64,000 bases of DNA from an uncultured Spirochaetota bacterium (GTDB lineage Bacteria > Spirochaetota > Spirochaetia > SZUA-6 > Fen-1364): positions 320,001 to 384,000 of the forward strand of contig CAWAHW010000001.1 in assembly GCA_963781885.1 (NCBI GenBank), read 5' to 3'. Every line of letters begins with the position of its first letter. Within the stretch, counting starts at the first letter, position 1. Positions 19,801-30,218 of this stretch are shown one piece after another. The translations under genes were made by a program, and so were the position numbers. The notes under the pieces were generated by a model. It was not told the DNA's origin. It searched no databases and saw only the letters and a program-made list of their open reading frames with translations.

Positions 19801-22506
19801 ATGATCAGCATCACCGACCTGCGTTGCGAGCACGCCGCGAATCCCCTGGGCATCGACAGTGCGCAGCCGCGATTTTCCTGGTACGTGCGGTCCGACCGAC
19901 GCGGCGGCGGCCAGACAGGCTACCAGATCATCTGCGCGGATTCACGCGCGGGAATCGAGCGCGGCAAAGGGATCCTTTGGGACACGGGAATGGTGGCCGC
20001 GGACCGCCATCATCTCGTCCCCTACGGAGGAAGCCCGCTCGAAAGCTGTGCGCGCTACTATTGGCGCGTCCGTGTTCGCGACGACGCCGGCATGGTGAGC
20101 CCCTGGAGCGCCACCGCCGTGTTCGAGACCGCCATGCTCTCTGCCGACGCGTGGAACGGGATGTGGATCTCCATGAAGGATCCCCTGGGCACGCCATCCA
20201 TGGTTCTTCTTCTGGGAAGCACCATCTTGGAGCAGAAGCACGTGCAGGCAAAGCTGTGCTGGGCCATCTACCTCCGCAGGCGATTCGAGATTGCGGCCAT
20301 GCCCCAACGGGCGCGTGTCTATGTCTCGGGGCTCGGGTACTACGATCTGCTGGTTAATGGGATGCCGATTGGCGATCATCGACTCGATCCCGGGCAGACC
20401 GATTATTCAAAGGTCGCGCTCTATGCCACGCATGACGTCACCGCGGCCCTTCGTCCCGGCGCAAACGTCATCCAGCTGGTCCTCGGCAACGGCCGACATC
20501 TCGATGCATACGGGTTCGGCGCGCCGCGCGCAAAGCTCCAGCTCCTGCTGGAAGGCGCGGATGGGCACCGGGACTGGGTGACGACAGACGAGAGCTGGAC
20601 GTGCTCCCATGGCCCGATCGAATGGAACGGCATCTATGCCGGGGAGCGCTGCGATGCGCGCAAGGAGCTCACGGGCTGGGGGGAGCCGGATTTCGACGAC
20701 TCCCCGTGGCAGAAGGCGGTCATCGTCGATGGACCGGCTCTTGTCTCGCAGCTCATGCCTCCCATTCGCGCGGTGAAGGTGCTTCCGCCCCGCCGGATGA
20801 GCAATCCCCGGCCGGGCGTGTTCATCTACGATTTCGGCCAGAACTTCACCGGGGTCGCGCGGCTGCGCGCGCGAGGGGCATCCGGGACCACGATACAGAT
20901 GCGATTCTCAGAGTTGCTCGAGGCCGACGGCATGTTGAACCTGGGAACCAATCGGGAAGCGACGTCCGTGGACGTGTTCGTTTTGAAGGGTGAAGGGGAT
21001 GAAGAGTTCGAGCCCCGATTCACCTATCATGGATTCCGTTACCTCGAGCTCACCGGCTTCCCGGGGGTTCCGTGCCTCGATTCGGTGCAGGGCGTCGTCA
21101 TGCACACGGACGTGGAGCAGACCGGCGCCTTCCGCTGCTCGAATGACGTGATCAACCGCATCCATGAGAACATCCTCTGGGGCCAGCGGTCCAACATCAT
21201 GAGCGCGCCGACGGACTGCCCCCAGCGGGGCGAGCGAATGGGATGGCTGGGGGACGCCCAGCTCACGTCCGAAGAGGCGGCGTGCAATTTCGACATGGCG
21301 GGTTTTTATACAAAGTACCTGGAGGACATCCGTCTTGCCCAGAGGGAGGACGGGAGCGTTTCAGACGTCGTGCCGCCATTCTGGCCGCTGTATCCGGCAG
21401 ACCCTGCGTGGGGAACGGCATACGTGACACTGGCGTGGACGCTCTACCAGCGCTACGGCGACCGCGAAGCTCTATCCCGGCATTACGATGGACTGAAGCG
21501 CTACGTGGATTTCCTCCACGGGGCATCGGAAGGCCACATCATCAAGAGCCTCGGGAGGTACGGCGACTGGTGTCCGCCGGGAAACGTCTATCCGAAAAAA
21601 ACGCCGATCGAGCTCACCTCAACGTGGTACTACTACCATGACACCCTCCATTTCTCGCGCATCGCGGAGGTCCTGGAGCGCGTCGAGGACGCGGAGCGCT
21701 ACCGGCAGAGGGCGGATGAGATCAGGGATGCGTTCAACCGCGTCTTCCTCCTTGGCAAGGGCCGGTACGCGATCCTTCCGATGAGCCCGATCGACCGATC
21801 CCTCGGCCAGACGTCGCAGGCGCTCCCGCTCTACCTGGACATGGTTCCCCCGGACCAGAAGGCGGACGCGGTGAAGGCGCTCCTGGACACGGTGGCCCGG
21901 GATGCCGACTACCACGTGGATACCGGCATCGTCGGCACCCGTTATCTCTTCGAAGTGCTGCGGGAGACCGGAAATGCCGAGGCCGCCTTCAAGGTCGTCA
22001 CGCAGAAGAGCTACCCCGGGTGGGGCTACATGCTGGAGGAAGGGGCAACGACTCTCTGGGAGCGGTGGGAAAAGCTGGGCGGCCTGGGAATGAACAGCCA
22101 CAACCACATCATGTTCGGGAGCATCGATGCCTGGTTCTACCGCACGCTGGCCGGCATCGTGCCGACGGCGCCCGGCGGAACCGCGGTCCGCATCCAGCCG
22201 TGGCCGGTCGGGGACCTCACGCACGCCGCGGCGGAGTATCGCACCATCCATGGACCGCTGGTGGTGCGCTGGGAGCGGGGCGGAAAGATGTTCCGACTCC
22301 AGCTGGACATTCCGGCGGGGTCTGCCGCCGACGTCTGCATCCCCCTCCGGGCCGACGCCGGTCGACTCCTGGAAGGTGACGCGGTGGTCTGGAGCAGGGA
22401 CGGCAAAGGCCAACCGGTCCCGGGAATAAGCTGCCACGGGCCCGACGGGCGATTCCTGGCTTTGCGTGTCGTCGGCGGGGTATATGATTTTGAGCTGAAG
22501 GAATAG
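19801..22506 (+). CDS. GH78 alpha-L-rhamnosidase family protein
   Basis: LRCEH..NPLGID..PRFSW, DFGQN, FTYHGFRY, PTDCPQRGERMGWLGD, GATTLWERW, SHNH. Confidence 0.92.
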   Translation: MISITDLRCEHAANPLGIDSAQPRFSWYVRSDRRGGGQTGYQIICADSRAGIERGKGILWDTGMVAADRHHLVPYGGSPLESCARYYWRVRVRDDAGMVSPWSATAVFETAMLSADAWNGMWISMKDPLGTPSMVLLLGSTILEQKHVQAKLCWAIYLRRRFEIAAMPQRARVYVSGLGYYDLLVNGMPIGDHRLDPGQTDYSKVALYATHDVTAALRPGANVIQLVLGNGRHLDAYGFGAPRAKLQLLLEGADGHRDWVTTDESWTCSHGPIEWNGIYAGERCDARKELTGWGEPDFDDSPWQKAVIVDGPALVSQLMPPIRAVKVLPPRRMSNPRPGVFIYDFGQNFTGVARLRARGASGTTIQMRFSELLEADGMLNLGTNREATSVDVFVLKGEGDEEFEPRFTYHGFRYLELTGFPGVPCLDSVQGVVMHTDVEQTGAFRCSNDVINRIHENILWGQRSNIMSAPTDCPQRGERMGWLGDAQLTSEEAACNFDMAGFYTKYLEDIRLAQREDGSVSDVVPPFWPLYPADPAWGTAYVTLAWTLYQRYGDREALSRHYDGLKRYVDFLHGASEGHIIKSLGRYGDWCPPGNVYPKKTPIELTSTWYYYHDTLHFSRIAEVLERVEDAERYRQRADEIRDAFNRVFLLGKGRYAILPMSPIDRSLGQTSQALPLYLDMVPPDQKADAVKALLDTVARDADYHVDTGIVGTRYLFEVLRETGNAEAAFKVVTQKSYPGWGYMLEEGATTLWERWEKLGGLGMNSHNHIMFGSIDAWFYRTLAGIVPTAPGGTAVRIQPWPVGDLTHAAAEYRTIHGPLVVRWERGGKMFRLQLDIPAGSAADVCIPLRADAGRLLEGDAVVWSRDGKGQPVPGISCHGPDGRFLALRVVGGVYDFELKE

Positions 22507-22511
22507 GACGG

Positions 22512-23339
22512 CTATCCCTTGAGGGCTCCCGCCGTCATTCCCTCCACGATGTATCTTTGCAGCAGGAAGTAGAGGACCAGGATCGGCAGGATCACGATCG
22601 TGATGTCGGCGAAAACCGATCCCCAGTTCGTGTTGAACTTCCCGATGTAGGCGAACACGGTGACCGTGACCGTCCATTTCGAGGAATCTGACAGAAGGTA
22701 GAAGGGGCCGAGGAAGTCGTTCCAGATCGTCATGATGGTGAGCAGACACGCGGTGACCAGCGCGGGCTGCATGAGGGGAAGCACGATCGCCCAGAAGACG
22801 TGGATCGGGCGGCAGCCGTCGAGACCCGCGGACTCGTCCAGCTCCCGCGGAAGCGTCTTGAGATAACCGGTGAGCAGGAAGACGGCAAACGGCAGCAGCA
22901 CGGCGGAATAGAACAGGATCATGCCCAGGTAGGTGTTGTGCACGTGCAGGCCCATCATGAGCTTGATGGTGGGCACGATCGCGACGGGGACCACCAGTCC
23001 CACCACGAAGACGTAGTAGATGGTATTCGTCAGACGCGTTCCGTTTCGCTGGATGCTGAATGCGGCCAGCGCGGCGCTCATGCTCACCAGGGCAAGGGAA
23101 AAGGCGGCAACGATCACGCTGTTCATGTAGCCGACCAGGATGCCGCCGCTCTGCAGGACCTCGGCGTAGTTGGATATCTGCGCGACCGTGGGAAAACCGA
23201 GCCCGAACTGCGCGGCCTCGCGCTGGTTCTTGAAGGAATCGATCACGATCATGTAGAAGGGGATCACCACGACGAGCACGAGCAGGAGCAGCACGAGCTC
23301 GATGACCAGGCGCCGGGCCGTGAATCGTCGGGCCTTCAT
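22512..23339 (-). CDS. Carbohydrate ABC permease (MalG-type)
   Basis: EAA loop LPRELDESAGLDG, WNDF, C-terminal GMTAGALKG. Confidence 0.93.
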   Translation of the reverse strand: MKARRFTARRLVIELVLLLLVLVVVIPFYMIVIDSFKNQREAAQFGLGFPTVAQISNYAEVLQSGGILVGYMNSVIVAAFSLALVSMSAALAAFSIQRNGTRLTNTIYYVFVVGLVVPVAIVPTIKLMMGLHVHNTYLGMILFYSAVLLPFAVFLLTGYLKTLPRELDESAGLDGCRPIHVFWAIVLPLMQPALVTACLLTIMTIWNDFLGPFYLLSDSSKWTVTVTVFAYIGKFNTNWGSVFADITIVILPILVLYFLLQRYIVEGMTAGALKG

Positions 23340-24211
23340 ACTTCCACCTCGCGCCGGCGCAGGAGCCGGAGGAACACGACGGCCACGACGGCGATGACCA
23401 CGGACAGGGTGAGGCTGGCGGAGGTGGCGTAGCCCCAGTTGCCGCGGGCGAAATTGCGATAGATGAAGGTGTTGAAGACCTCCGTGACCCAGCCGGGCCC
23501 GCCGTTTGTGAGCACGAGGACGGTCTCGAAGACCTTCAGCGAATTGATGAGCATCAGGAGCACCGTGACGGTGAAGGAGGGGGCCAGAAGCGGAAACGTG
23601 ATCCGGCGGAATCTCGTCATGTAGCCGGCGCCGTCGACGCTCGCCTGGTCCAGGAGGTCGCGCGGGATGGTCTTCAGCCCGGCGAGGTAGATGACCATGG
23701 CGAAACCCGAGCTCCTCCAGAGCTCCGTCATGATGATGGAAAACAGCGCGATCTGCGGGTCGTTCAGCCAGTCGGCCGCCAGCGCGCCCAGGCCGAGGGA
23801 GCGAAGAGCCCTGTTGAGGATGCCGACCTCGGGCTGGTAGATGGCGGTGAACAGGTACCCCACGATGAGCGGCGCGATGACGTAGGGGGTGAAGAACGCC
23901 GTCCGATAGACATTGCCCAGGACGGGAGCCTCGTTCAGGAGCATCGCGAGTGACATGCCGAGGATGTTCACGAATACCGTCACGCATGCGGCGTAGATGA
24001 ACGTGTTGCGGATCGCCGTGACCAGGAAGCCCTCACGGATCAGACGGGCGAAGTTGTCGAACCCTATGAAGGTGACCTTGTCGCTGTACGTGCTGAGGTC
24101 GGTGAAGCTGTAGTACATGCCGGTGATGTTGGGCACGATGAAGAACACCAGATAAATGACGAATGCGGGTGCGATGAAGACGAGCGGGTATCGGATGAAT
24201 GAACGTCTCAT
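23336..24211 (-). CDS. Carbohydrate ABC permease (MalF-type)
   Basis: FIGFDNF, YLAGLKTIPRDLLDQASVDGA, TNGGPG. Confidence 0.93.
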   Translation of the reverse strand: MRRSFIRYPLVFIAPAFVIYLVFFIVPNITGMYYSFTDLSTYSDKVTFIGFDNFARLIREGFLVTAIRNTFIYAACVTVFVNILGMSLAMLLNEAPVLGNVYRTAFFTPYVIAPLIVGYLFTAIYQPEVGILNRALRSLGLGALAADWLNDPQIALFSIIMTELWRSSGFAMVIYLAGLKTIPRDLLDQASVDGAGYMTRFRRITFPLLAPSFTVTVLLMLINSLKVFETVLVLTNGGPGWVTEVFNTFIYRNFARGNWGYATSASLTLSVVIAVVAVVFLRLLRRREVEV

Positions 24212-24222
24212 GCTGCCTCTGG

Positions 24223-24264
24223 AAAAATCGACCGGGCAGGCGGGGAATGCCCGCCTCCCGGTCG
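24223..24264 (-). terminator. Intra-operon hairpin (attenuator or stabiliser) between SBP and permease
   Basis: CGACCGGG-C-AGGCGGG-loop-CCCGCCT-CCCGGTCG, followed on the minus strand by ATTTTT. Confidence 0.55.
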
Positions 24265-24292
24265 TGATCTTCTGCTCAGTGTATCACCCGGT

Positions 24293-25573
24293 CTATAACC
24301 CGGGAATCTTCTTGTCCTTGCCCTGCTGGATGTAGGAGGAATCCATCTGCTGGATGGTCTTGTCCACGTCTCCGCTCATGATGAATGCCTGGGTCACCTT
24401 GTCGTAATCAGGAACATAGTTCGAGGGCAAGAGCAGCTGGATATTGATCGCGCCCTGGCCCGCCTTGATCAGGTTGTAGATGTCCTGCTGGCCGGCGAAC
24501 AGCTTCGTCTGGACGTTCGTATAGACCGGGATGCCCGGGTTGTGCGCATACCAGACCTGGAGCGAATCCGCCGTGGTCATGAAGCGGAGAAGCGCCATGG
24601 CGGCATCGACGTGCTTGCCGTTCTTTGAGACCATGATCTGCTTGGGCGGGTACAGCGACGGCAGCCCCGCGTCGTTGTCCGACGGCAGGGAGAAGAACCC
24701 GATCTTGTCCACTGCATCGGGATACTTCGCCGCGATGGACGGCAGCATCCAGTCGGCCTGGAACGCCATTGCGGCCTTTCCGGTTGCAAGGGCATCCTGC
24801 TGCAGCTCGTACGTGCCGGCCGCCAGGTCCTTGTTGTAGTAGCCCTTCGTCTTCAGGGCGTACTCGCGCTCGAACACGTCCCTGATCGCGGGAATGTCCT
24901 TGATGCGCAGCTGGTTGGCGCCAAGCTTCGCGACCCCATTCGCACCGCCGATGGCGGGAAGAACGAATGTCTGGAACCCCGCCAGGGAGAATATCTGCAC
25001 GGGCCAGCCGGTCTTGCCCGCTTCATAGATCGGGGTGATGCCGGCCTTCTTGATCTTTTCACATATGGCAAGGAAGTCCGCGTAGTTCTTCGGGGGCTGA
25101 ACGCCGACCTTGGCGAACACGTCCTTGTTGTACAGCACGCCCATGGCATTGTAGGTGCCCCAGGGGATGCCATAGATCTTTCCGTTCACGGTGTAGAAGT
25201 TCCGCACCGCGGTGGAAAGGTTCTTCAGCAGATCCTCCTTGGAGAAATCCACGAGGTTCTTGTCCGCCTGCAGAGTCGTGTTCTCATTCGCTCCCGTGAA
25301 GAAGTAGAAGATATCGGGGGGATCATTGGTGGCAAAACGGGTCTTGATGATGTTTTCGTATTCATTCACATCCGGGAGAATCTGCTGGGTGGCGGTGTTG
25401 CCCGACTGCTTGTTGTAGTTCGCGAAGATCTCGTCGAATGCCTTTGCTTCCGGGTCGCCGTTCCCGAGCGTCGTGAACGTGAGCTTGACCGGTCCAGGCT
25501 TGCAGCCCGCAAGCATCATCGTCAGGGCTGCGAAAACGGCCAGGATCGCAACGAAACCGAATCGTCTCCTCAT
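24293..25573 (-). CDS. Carbohydrate ABC substrate-binding lipoprotein (CUT1)
   Basis: Lipobox LAGC; PPDIF, GKIYGIP, YNKDVF, GKAAM. Confidence 0.92.
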   Translation of the reverse strand: MRRRFGFVAILAVFAALTMMLAGCKPGPVKLTFTTLGNGDPEAKAFDEIFANYNKQSGNTATQQILPDVNEYENIIKTRFATNDPPDIFYFFTGANENTTLQADKNLVDFSKEDLLKNLSTAVRNFYTVNGKIYGIPWGTYNAMGVLYNKDVFAKVGVQPPKNYADFLAICEKIKKAGITPIYEAGKTGWPVQIFSLAGFQTFVLPAIGGANGVAKLGANQLRIKDIPAIRDVFEREYALKTKGYYNKDLAAGTYELQQDALATGKAAMAFQADWMLPSIAAKYPDAVDKIGFFSLPSDNDAGLPSLYPPKQIMVSKNGKHVDAAMALLRFMTTADSLQVWYAHNPGIPVYTNVQTKLFAGQQDIYNLIKAGQGAINIQLLLPSNYVPDYDKVTQAFIMSGDVDKTIQQMDSSYIQQGKDKKIPGL

Positions 25574-25604
25574 TCCTTTGCCTCCCTTTTTCTTCGATAA
25601 GTTG

Positions 25605-25678
25605 GCATCATTACAGTAATGATGCGTGTAATGAAGAAAATCATAAAGAAATATTGCATGATCAAAAGTGGTTGTCAA
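25605..25678 (-). promoter_or_regulatory. AT-rich promoter/operator region of the ABC operon
   Basis: Minus-strand TTGACA (25678-25673), N17, AATATT. Perfect palindrome GCATCATTAC-A-GTAATGATGC at 25605-25625. Confidence 0.5.
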
Positions 25679-25731
25679 GATGAATTCGAAGCATCCCGGG
25701 CGGGCTTTCGATAATCTTTGATTTGTAAAGC

Positions 25732-26526
25732 TTACGCGATTATGACTTTTACTCCCCGCGCCTCGAAACCGCTGCGCTGCTCATCGGTAATGCCGCTGTC
25801 CGTGACGAGGTAGTGAGCGAGATCCACCGGTCCCAGAGCAGCGAACGCAACCTTGCCGATCTTGGTGGAATCCGCCACCAGGACCACCTCCGAGGCGGCT
25901 TCTATCATGGCCTTCTTCACGACGATGTCGGCGAAGCCGGGGTAGGAGAGGCCGGATTCCAGCGAAACGCCTCCCGCGGCGAGGAATGTCCACTGGACAT
26001 GGATGCGGTCGAAATACGCCGCGGTGCGCTCGCCCGTGAGCGACAGTGTCGGGGCCTTGAACTCGCCGCCGGTGAGGTTGATCTCGAAGGAGAACTCCGT
26101 GCCGAGGAGAAGCGCGATGTTGAGCGCGTTGGTGATGATGCGCAGGTGATGCTTGCTGCCAAGGTTGCGCGCCACCTCCGTCACCGTGGAGCCGCTGTCC
26201 AGGATGAGCGAATCCTCGTCATGGACCATCTGCGCCGCGCGCACGCCGATGCGCGCCTTCTTGTCCATGTTGTCCAGGTGCTGGAGATTCAGGCTCTTCA
26301 CCTGCTGGGGCACGCTCTTCAGGAATGCGCCGCCATGCTCGCGCACGACGAATCCCTCCACCTCGAGGCGCTCGAGGTCCTGGCGGACCGTGGGCTCGGA
26401 GACCCCGAAGAGCCTGCTCAAGGCGCTCACCCGGGCGCTTCCCTCCTCCTGCAGCAGCTCGAGGATCTTCCGCCGCCGCTGCATGGCGAGCATGTTGGAG
26501 GGCATCGCGTGTTCGTTCGCTTCCAT
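25732..26526 (-). CDS. DeoR/GlpR family transcriptional regulator
   Basis: RRRKILELL...VSEPTVRQDL..REHGGA, LDSGST, ITNAL, ADSTK. Confidence 0.94.
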   Translation of the reverse strand: MEANEHAMPSNMLAMQRRRKILELLQEEGSARVSALSRLFGVSEPTVRQDLERLEVEGFVVREHGGAFLKSVPQQVKSLNLQHLDNMDKKARIGVRAAQMVHDEDSLILDSGSTVTEVARNLGSKHHLRIITNALNIALLLGTEFSFEINLTGGEFKAPTLSLTGERTAAYFDRIHVQWTFLAAGGVSLESGLSYPGFADIVVKKAMIEAASEVVLVADSTKIGKVAFAALGPVDLAHYLVTDSGITDEQRSGFEARGVKVIIA

Positions 26527-26588
26527 AACTCCTCACGATATCACAGATAAAAGGGCGTAGATATCGGGTCGATTCTCCGACGCCCGGT

Positions 26589-27377
26589 TCAGCTCATGAA
26601 AAGCCCGCCGTCGACATTGATGGTCTGACCGGTGATGTACGATGCATCATCGGAGGCCAGGAACGCGACAAGCCCCGCGACGTCGGCGGGAAGGCCGGCG
26701 CGCTTCATCGGGATGCCATCGACCCATTCCCGCATGAGCTCGCCCGGGCGGTAGTCGCCCAGCAGCTTCCCCCATTCGCGGTCATTGTACACCCACATCT
26801 CCGTGTCGATGATTCCCGGGCAGAACGCGTTCACGGTGATGCCGTGCGGGGCCAGTTCCTTGGCAAGGCTCTGGGTGATGCCAACCACGCCCATCTTGCT
26901 TGCCGCGTAGTGGGGGGTGTAGATGAATCCCTGGCGCGCCTGTCCCGAGGCGGTATTGATCAATCGTCCCGAACCCTGACTCATCATGTGGCGCGCCGCC
27001 GCCTGGCAGCAGAGGAAGACACCCTTGGTGTTGACCGCCATCACCTTGTCCCACTGCTCCTCGGAGAGCTCGGGCAACCGGGCGATCGTGATCACACCCG
27101 CGTTCTGAACGGAAACGTCGACCCGTCCAAAACGCTGCACGGCGCGGGCATAGAGGCCTTCAACCGAGGCCTTGTCCGTCACGTCGCAGATGACGGGCAT
27201 TGCCTTTCCGCCGGCGGCAACCATCGCCTCGGCGACCTGCTCCACCTGCGGCTCGTTCGCGCTCACCACGACGGATGCCCCTTCCTGCGCAAACCGCCTT
27301 GCTATTCCTTCACCAATGCCGCGGCTGGCGCCGGTCACCACCACGACTTTTCCTCTGAACCTGCCGAGTTTTTCCAT
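26589..27377 (-). CDS. SDR oxidoreductase (polyol/diol dehydrogenase-like)
   Basis: [39 protein letters not shown]. Confidence 0.9.
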   Translation of the reverse strand: MEKLGRFRGKVVVVTGASRGIGEGIARRFAQEGASVVVSANEPQVEQVAEAMVAAGGKAMPVICDVTDKASVEGLYARAVQRFGRVDVSVQNAGVITIARLPELSEEQWDKVMAVNTKGVFLCCQAAARHMMSQGSGRLINTASGQARQGFIYTPHYAASKMGVVGITQSLAKELAPHGITVNAFCPGIIDTEMWVYNDREWGKLLGDYRPGELMREWVDGIPMKRAGLPADVAGLVAFLASDDASYITGQTINVDGGLFMS

Positions 27378-27417
27378 TGAGGCGCTCCTTTTTCGGAAAT
27401 CAGACAACTAGCACAAT

Positions 27418-27472
27418 AAAACGAAAAAAATAAAAAGCAATAGGTTGACAAATGATGAATATCAATTACAAT
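27418..27472 (+). promoter_or_regulatory. Promoter with A-tract UP element for the GH63-isomerase-transketolase-kinase operon
   Basis: A-tracts at 27418-27440; TTGACA (27445-27450), N16, TACAAT (27467-27472). Confidence 0.6.
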
Positions 27473-27512
27473 CGAGCCTGTTTGGGCTTTCTCTGGAGCA
27501 AGAAGGGATAAC

Positions 27513-28778
27513 ATGGCCGGTACCCCAGGGGTTGAGGAAAGAGCGCTTCGTGATTACATCCTGGCAAAAGTGGACGCCACCCTGCGCCCGCCGAACAGGA
27601 TGATGAAGTACCCGTTCATCGATCCCGGCTCCGTCTATGAGGGGAACCTGTGGGACTGGGATTCCTTCTGGTCGGCGTACTCTCTCCTCGGCATCACGAA
27701 AAACCCGGATCCCGCGGTCCGCTCGAAACGGGAGCTCTTCATCGAGCACGCCCGGGGAAACGTGCTGAACTTCCTCGACTGGCAGCAGGATGACGGCTAC
27801 CTGCCCATGATGATCCAGGAGAGGGACTTTCCCGAGCCCTATCTCATCCGCAAGCATCGGGAAGGCGCGATCCTGAACATGCACAAGCCTTTCCTCTGCC
27901 AGCAGATCTGCCTCGTGTCGGAGGCTGCGGGTGGCTTCGACTGGATTGCGGAGAAGTTCGGCCAGATCGAGGCGTATTTCGCCTGCTATGACCGCACCTA
28001 CTATTTTCCCTCCTGCGGCCTGTACGTCTGGGCGGACGACGTCATGATCGGCAACGACAACGATCCTTCGACATTCGGGCGGCCGCGCTTCTCCACCGCC
28101 GGCATGTTCCTCAACGGCTTCATGGTGACCGAGCTGCGTGCCGCCTCGCTGATCGCCGAGAAGCTGGGCCGCAAAGACCGCGCCCAGTACTATCGCGCCA
28201 AAGCGGAGGCATTACTGGGGGCCATCCAGGCGGAATGCTGGGACCCGCGCGACGGCTTCTTCTACTCCGTCGACGTCGACGTGAAGACCCGCCCGTACGA
28301 CTGGTTTCATGTGGGGCTTGGCGTCTTCTGGAAGAGTTTGCCCCTCAAGATACGCGCGTGGCCGGGCTTCATCCCGCTGTGGGCGGGCACGGCGACCCCC
28401 GAACAGGCGGCGCGGCTCGCGCGCCACGCGGCTGACGAAACGACATTCTGTGCGCCCACGGGAATCACGTCACTGGCGATGGATGAAAAGATGTTCAACA
28501 TCGAGCCGAGCCTGAATCCCTCGAACTGGCTGGGCGGCATCTGGATCATCGTCGACTACATCGTGTTCCGGGGGCTCATGCGCTACGGGTATCGCGAGCA
28601 GGCGCGGAGCCTGTGCGACAAGACGCTCCATCTCCTCCATGATGACCTCGTGCGCACGGGCACGCTGCACGAGTACTACGATCCCCGCACCGGCGCGCCG
28701 ATCATGGACCCGAATTTCTTCAACTGGAACATGCTCGCCGTGCTCATGGCGGAAGAAATGCGGGGAGGAGCGCAATGA
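27513..28778 (+). CDS. (alpha/alpha)6 glycoside hydrolase, GH63/MGH1/trehalase-like
   Basis: LWDWDSFW, GNDNDP, WDPRDGFFY, NWLGGIW, HEYYDP. No signal peptide. Confidence 0.8.
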   Translation: MAGTPGVEERALRDYILAKVDATLRPPNRMMKYPFIDPGSVYEGNLWDWDSFWSAYSLLGITKNPDPAVRSKRELFIEHARGNVLNFLDWQQDDGYLPMMIQERDFPEPYLIRKHREGAILNMHKPFLCQQICLVSEAAGGFDWIAEKFGQIEAYFACYDRTYYFPSCGLYVWADDVMIGNDNDPSTFGRPRFSTAGMFLNGFMVTELRAASLIAEKLGRKDRAQYYRAKAEALLGAIQAECWDPRDGFFYSVDVDVKTRPYDWFHVGLGVFWKSLPLKIRAWPGFIPLWAGTATPEQAARLARHAADETTFCAPTGITSLAMDEKMFNIEPSLNPSNWLGGIWIIVDYIVFRGLMRYGYREQARSLCDKTLHLLHDDLVRTGTLHEYYDPRTGAPIMDPNFFNWNMLAVLMAEEMRGGAQ

Positions 28779-30218
28779 CCCTTTTCGAGCGGCCCACCAC
28801 CTTTGGCGTCATCGTCGGAACCCGGGGCTTCTTCAATCCCGCGCTCGCCCGCGCGGGCAGAAAAGCGCTGTTGGATCGCCTTGAAAAGCTCGGTTACCGC
28901 GCGGTCATCGCTCGATGAGAACGCCCACGGCTCCGCGGTCGGCGGGGTGGTGGAAACCCGCGCCGATGCCCAGCGATGCGCCGCGCTTTTCCAAGCGCAC
29001 CGGGAAGAGATCGACGGCATCCTCGTGAGCCTGCCGAATTTCGGCGACGAGACGGGAATCGTGCAGACGCTGGACCTGGCGAAGCTCGGCGTGCCCGTGC
29101 TCGTGCATGCCTTCGACGACGATCTGGACAAGGTCGATGTCGCCCACCGGCGCGATGCCTTCTGCGGCAAGCTGTCGGTTTGCGCGAATCTCTCCCAGTA
29201 CGGGATCGAGTGGACCGATACCACCGAGCACACCTGCGCCGTGGACGGGCCCGAGCTTGCCGCGGACCTCGACCGGTTTGCGCGCATCTGCCGCGTCGTG
29301 CGCGGGCTTCGCGGGGCGAGGGTCGGCGCCATCGGCGCGCGCCCGGCCGCGTTCCAGACCGTGCGCTACAGCGAGAAGCTGCTCCAGGCTGCCGGCATCA
29401 CGGTGGTTCCCGTGGACCTGTCCGAGGTGCTCGCCCACGCCGAGCGCCTGCGGGAGAACCGCAAGGACGTGCAGGACAAGCTCGTCGCCATCCGGGGCTA
29501 CGGGACGATTCCCGACCGCATCCCCGCGGCCAACGTGCTGAAACAGGCAAAGCTGTCCGTGGCCATCGACCTGTGGATGGCCGCCAATGAGTGCACGGCA
29601 TCCGCGATTCAGTGCTGGGAAAGCGTGCAGGCCAACTACGGCTGCGCGACGTGTCTTTCCATGAGCCTCATGGGCGAGGAGAGGCGGATGCCCAGCGCGT
29701 GCGAGGTGGACGTGAGCGGGGCGGTCTCGATGCTCGCGATCACCCTGGCCAGCGGCAATGCCGCGGCCCTGCTGGACTGGAACAACAACTACGGCACGGA
29801 TCGCGGGAAGTGCGTGGCCACGCATTGCAGCAATTTCCCAAAAAGCTTCGTGGGCGGGGATATCGAGATTTCCGAGCTCGATATCCTCGGCGAATCCCTC
29901 GGCCGGGACAAATGCTTCGGCGCCATCAAGGGCACCGTGAAGCCCGGCCCCATGACGTATTTCCGCATGGACACCGATGATCGGCGCGGTCTCACCCGCG
30001 GATACGTCGGCGAAGGCGCCTTCACGAACGATCCCTTCCCGATGGACGGCGGAATCGCGGTCTGCGAGATCAAGGAGCTTCGGGCGCTCCTGGGGCTCAT
30101 CACGCGGGGAGGATTCGCCCATCACGTGGCGATGGTGAGGTCCCATTGCGCCGCCATCGTCCACGAAGCGACCAGCCGCTACCTGGGATGGGACATCCGC
30201 CACCATGGCGGGGCATGA
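28775..30218 (+). CDS. L-fucose/L-arabinose isomerase family protein (frameshift near 28910)
   Basis: MTLFERPTTFGVIVGTRGFFNP in one frame, then LPNFGDE, RRDAFCGK, AIQCW, ACEVD, HCSN, GFAHHVA in ORF 28803..30218. Confidence 0.85.
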
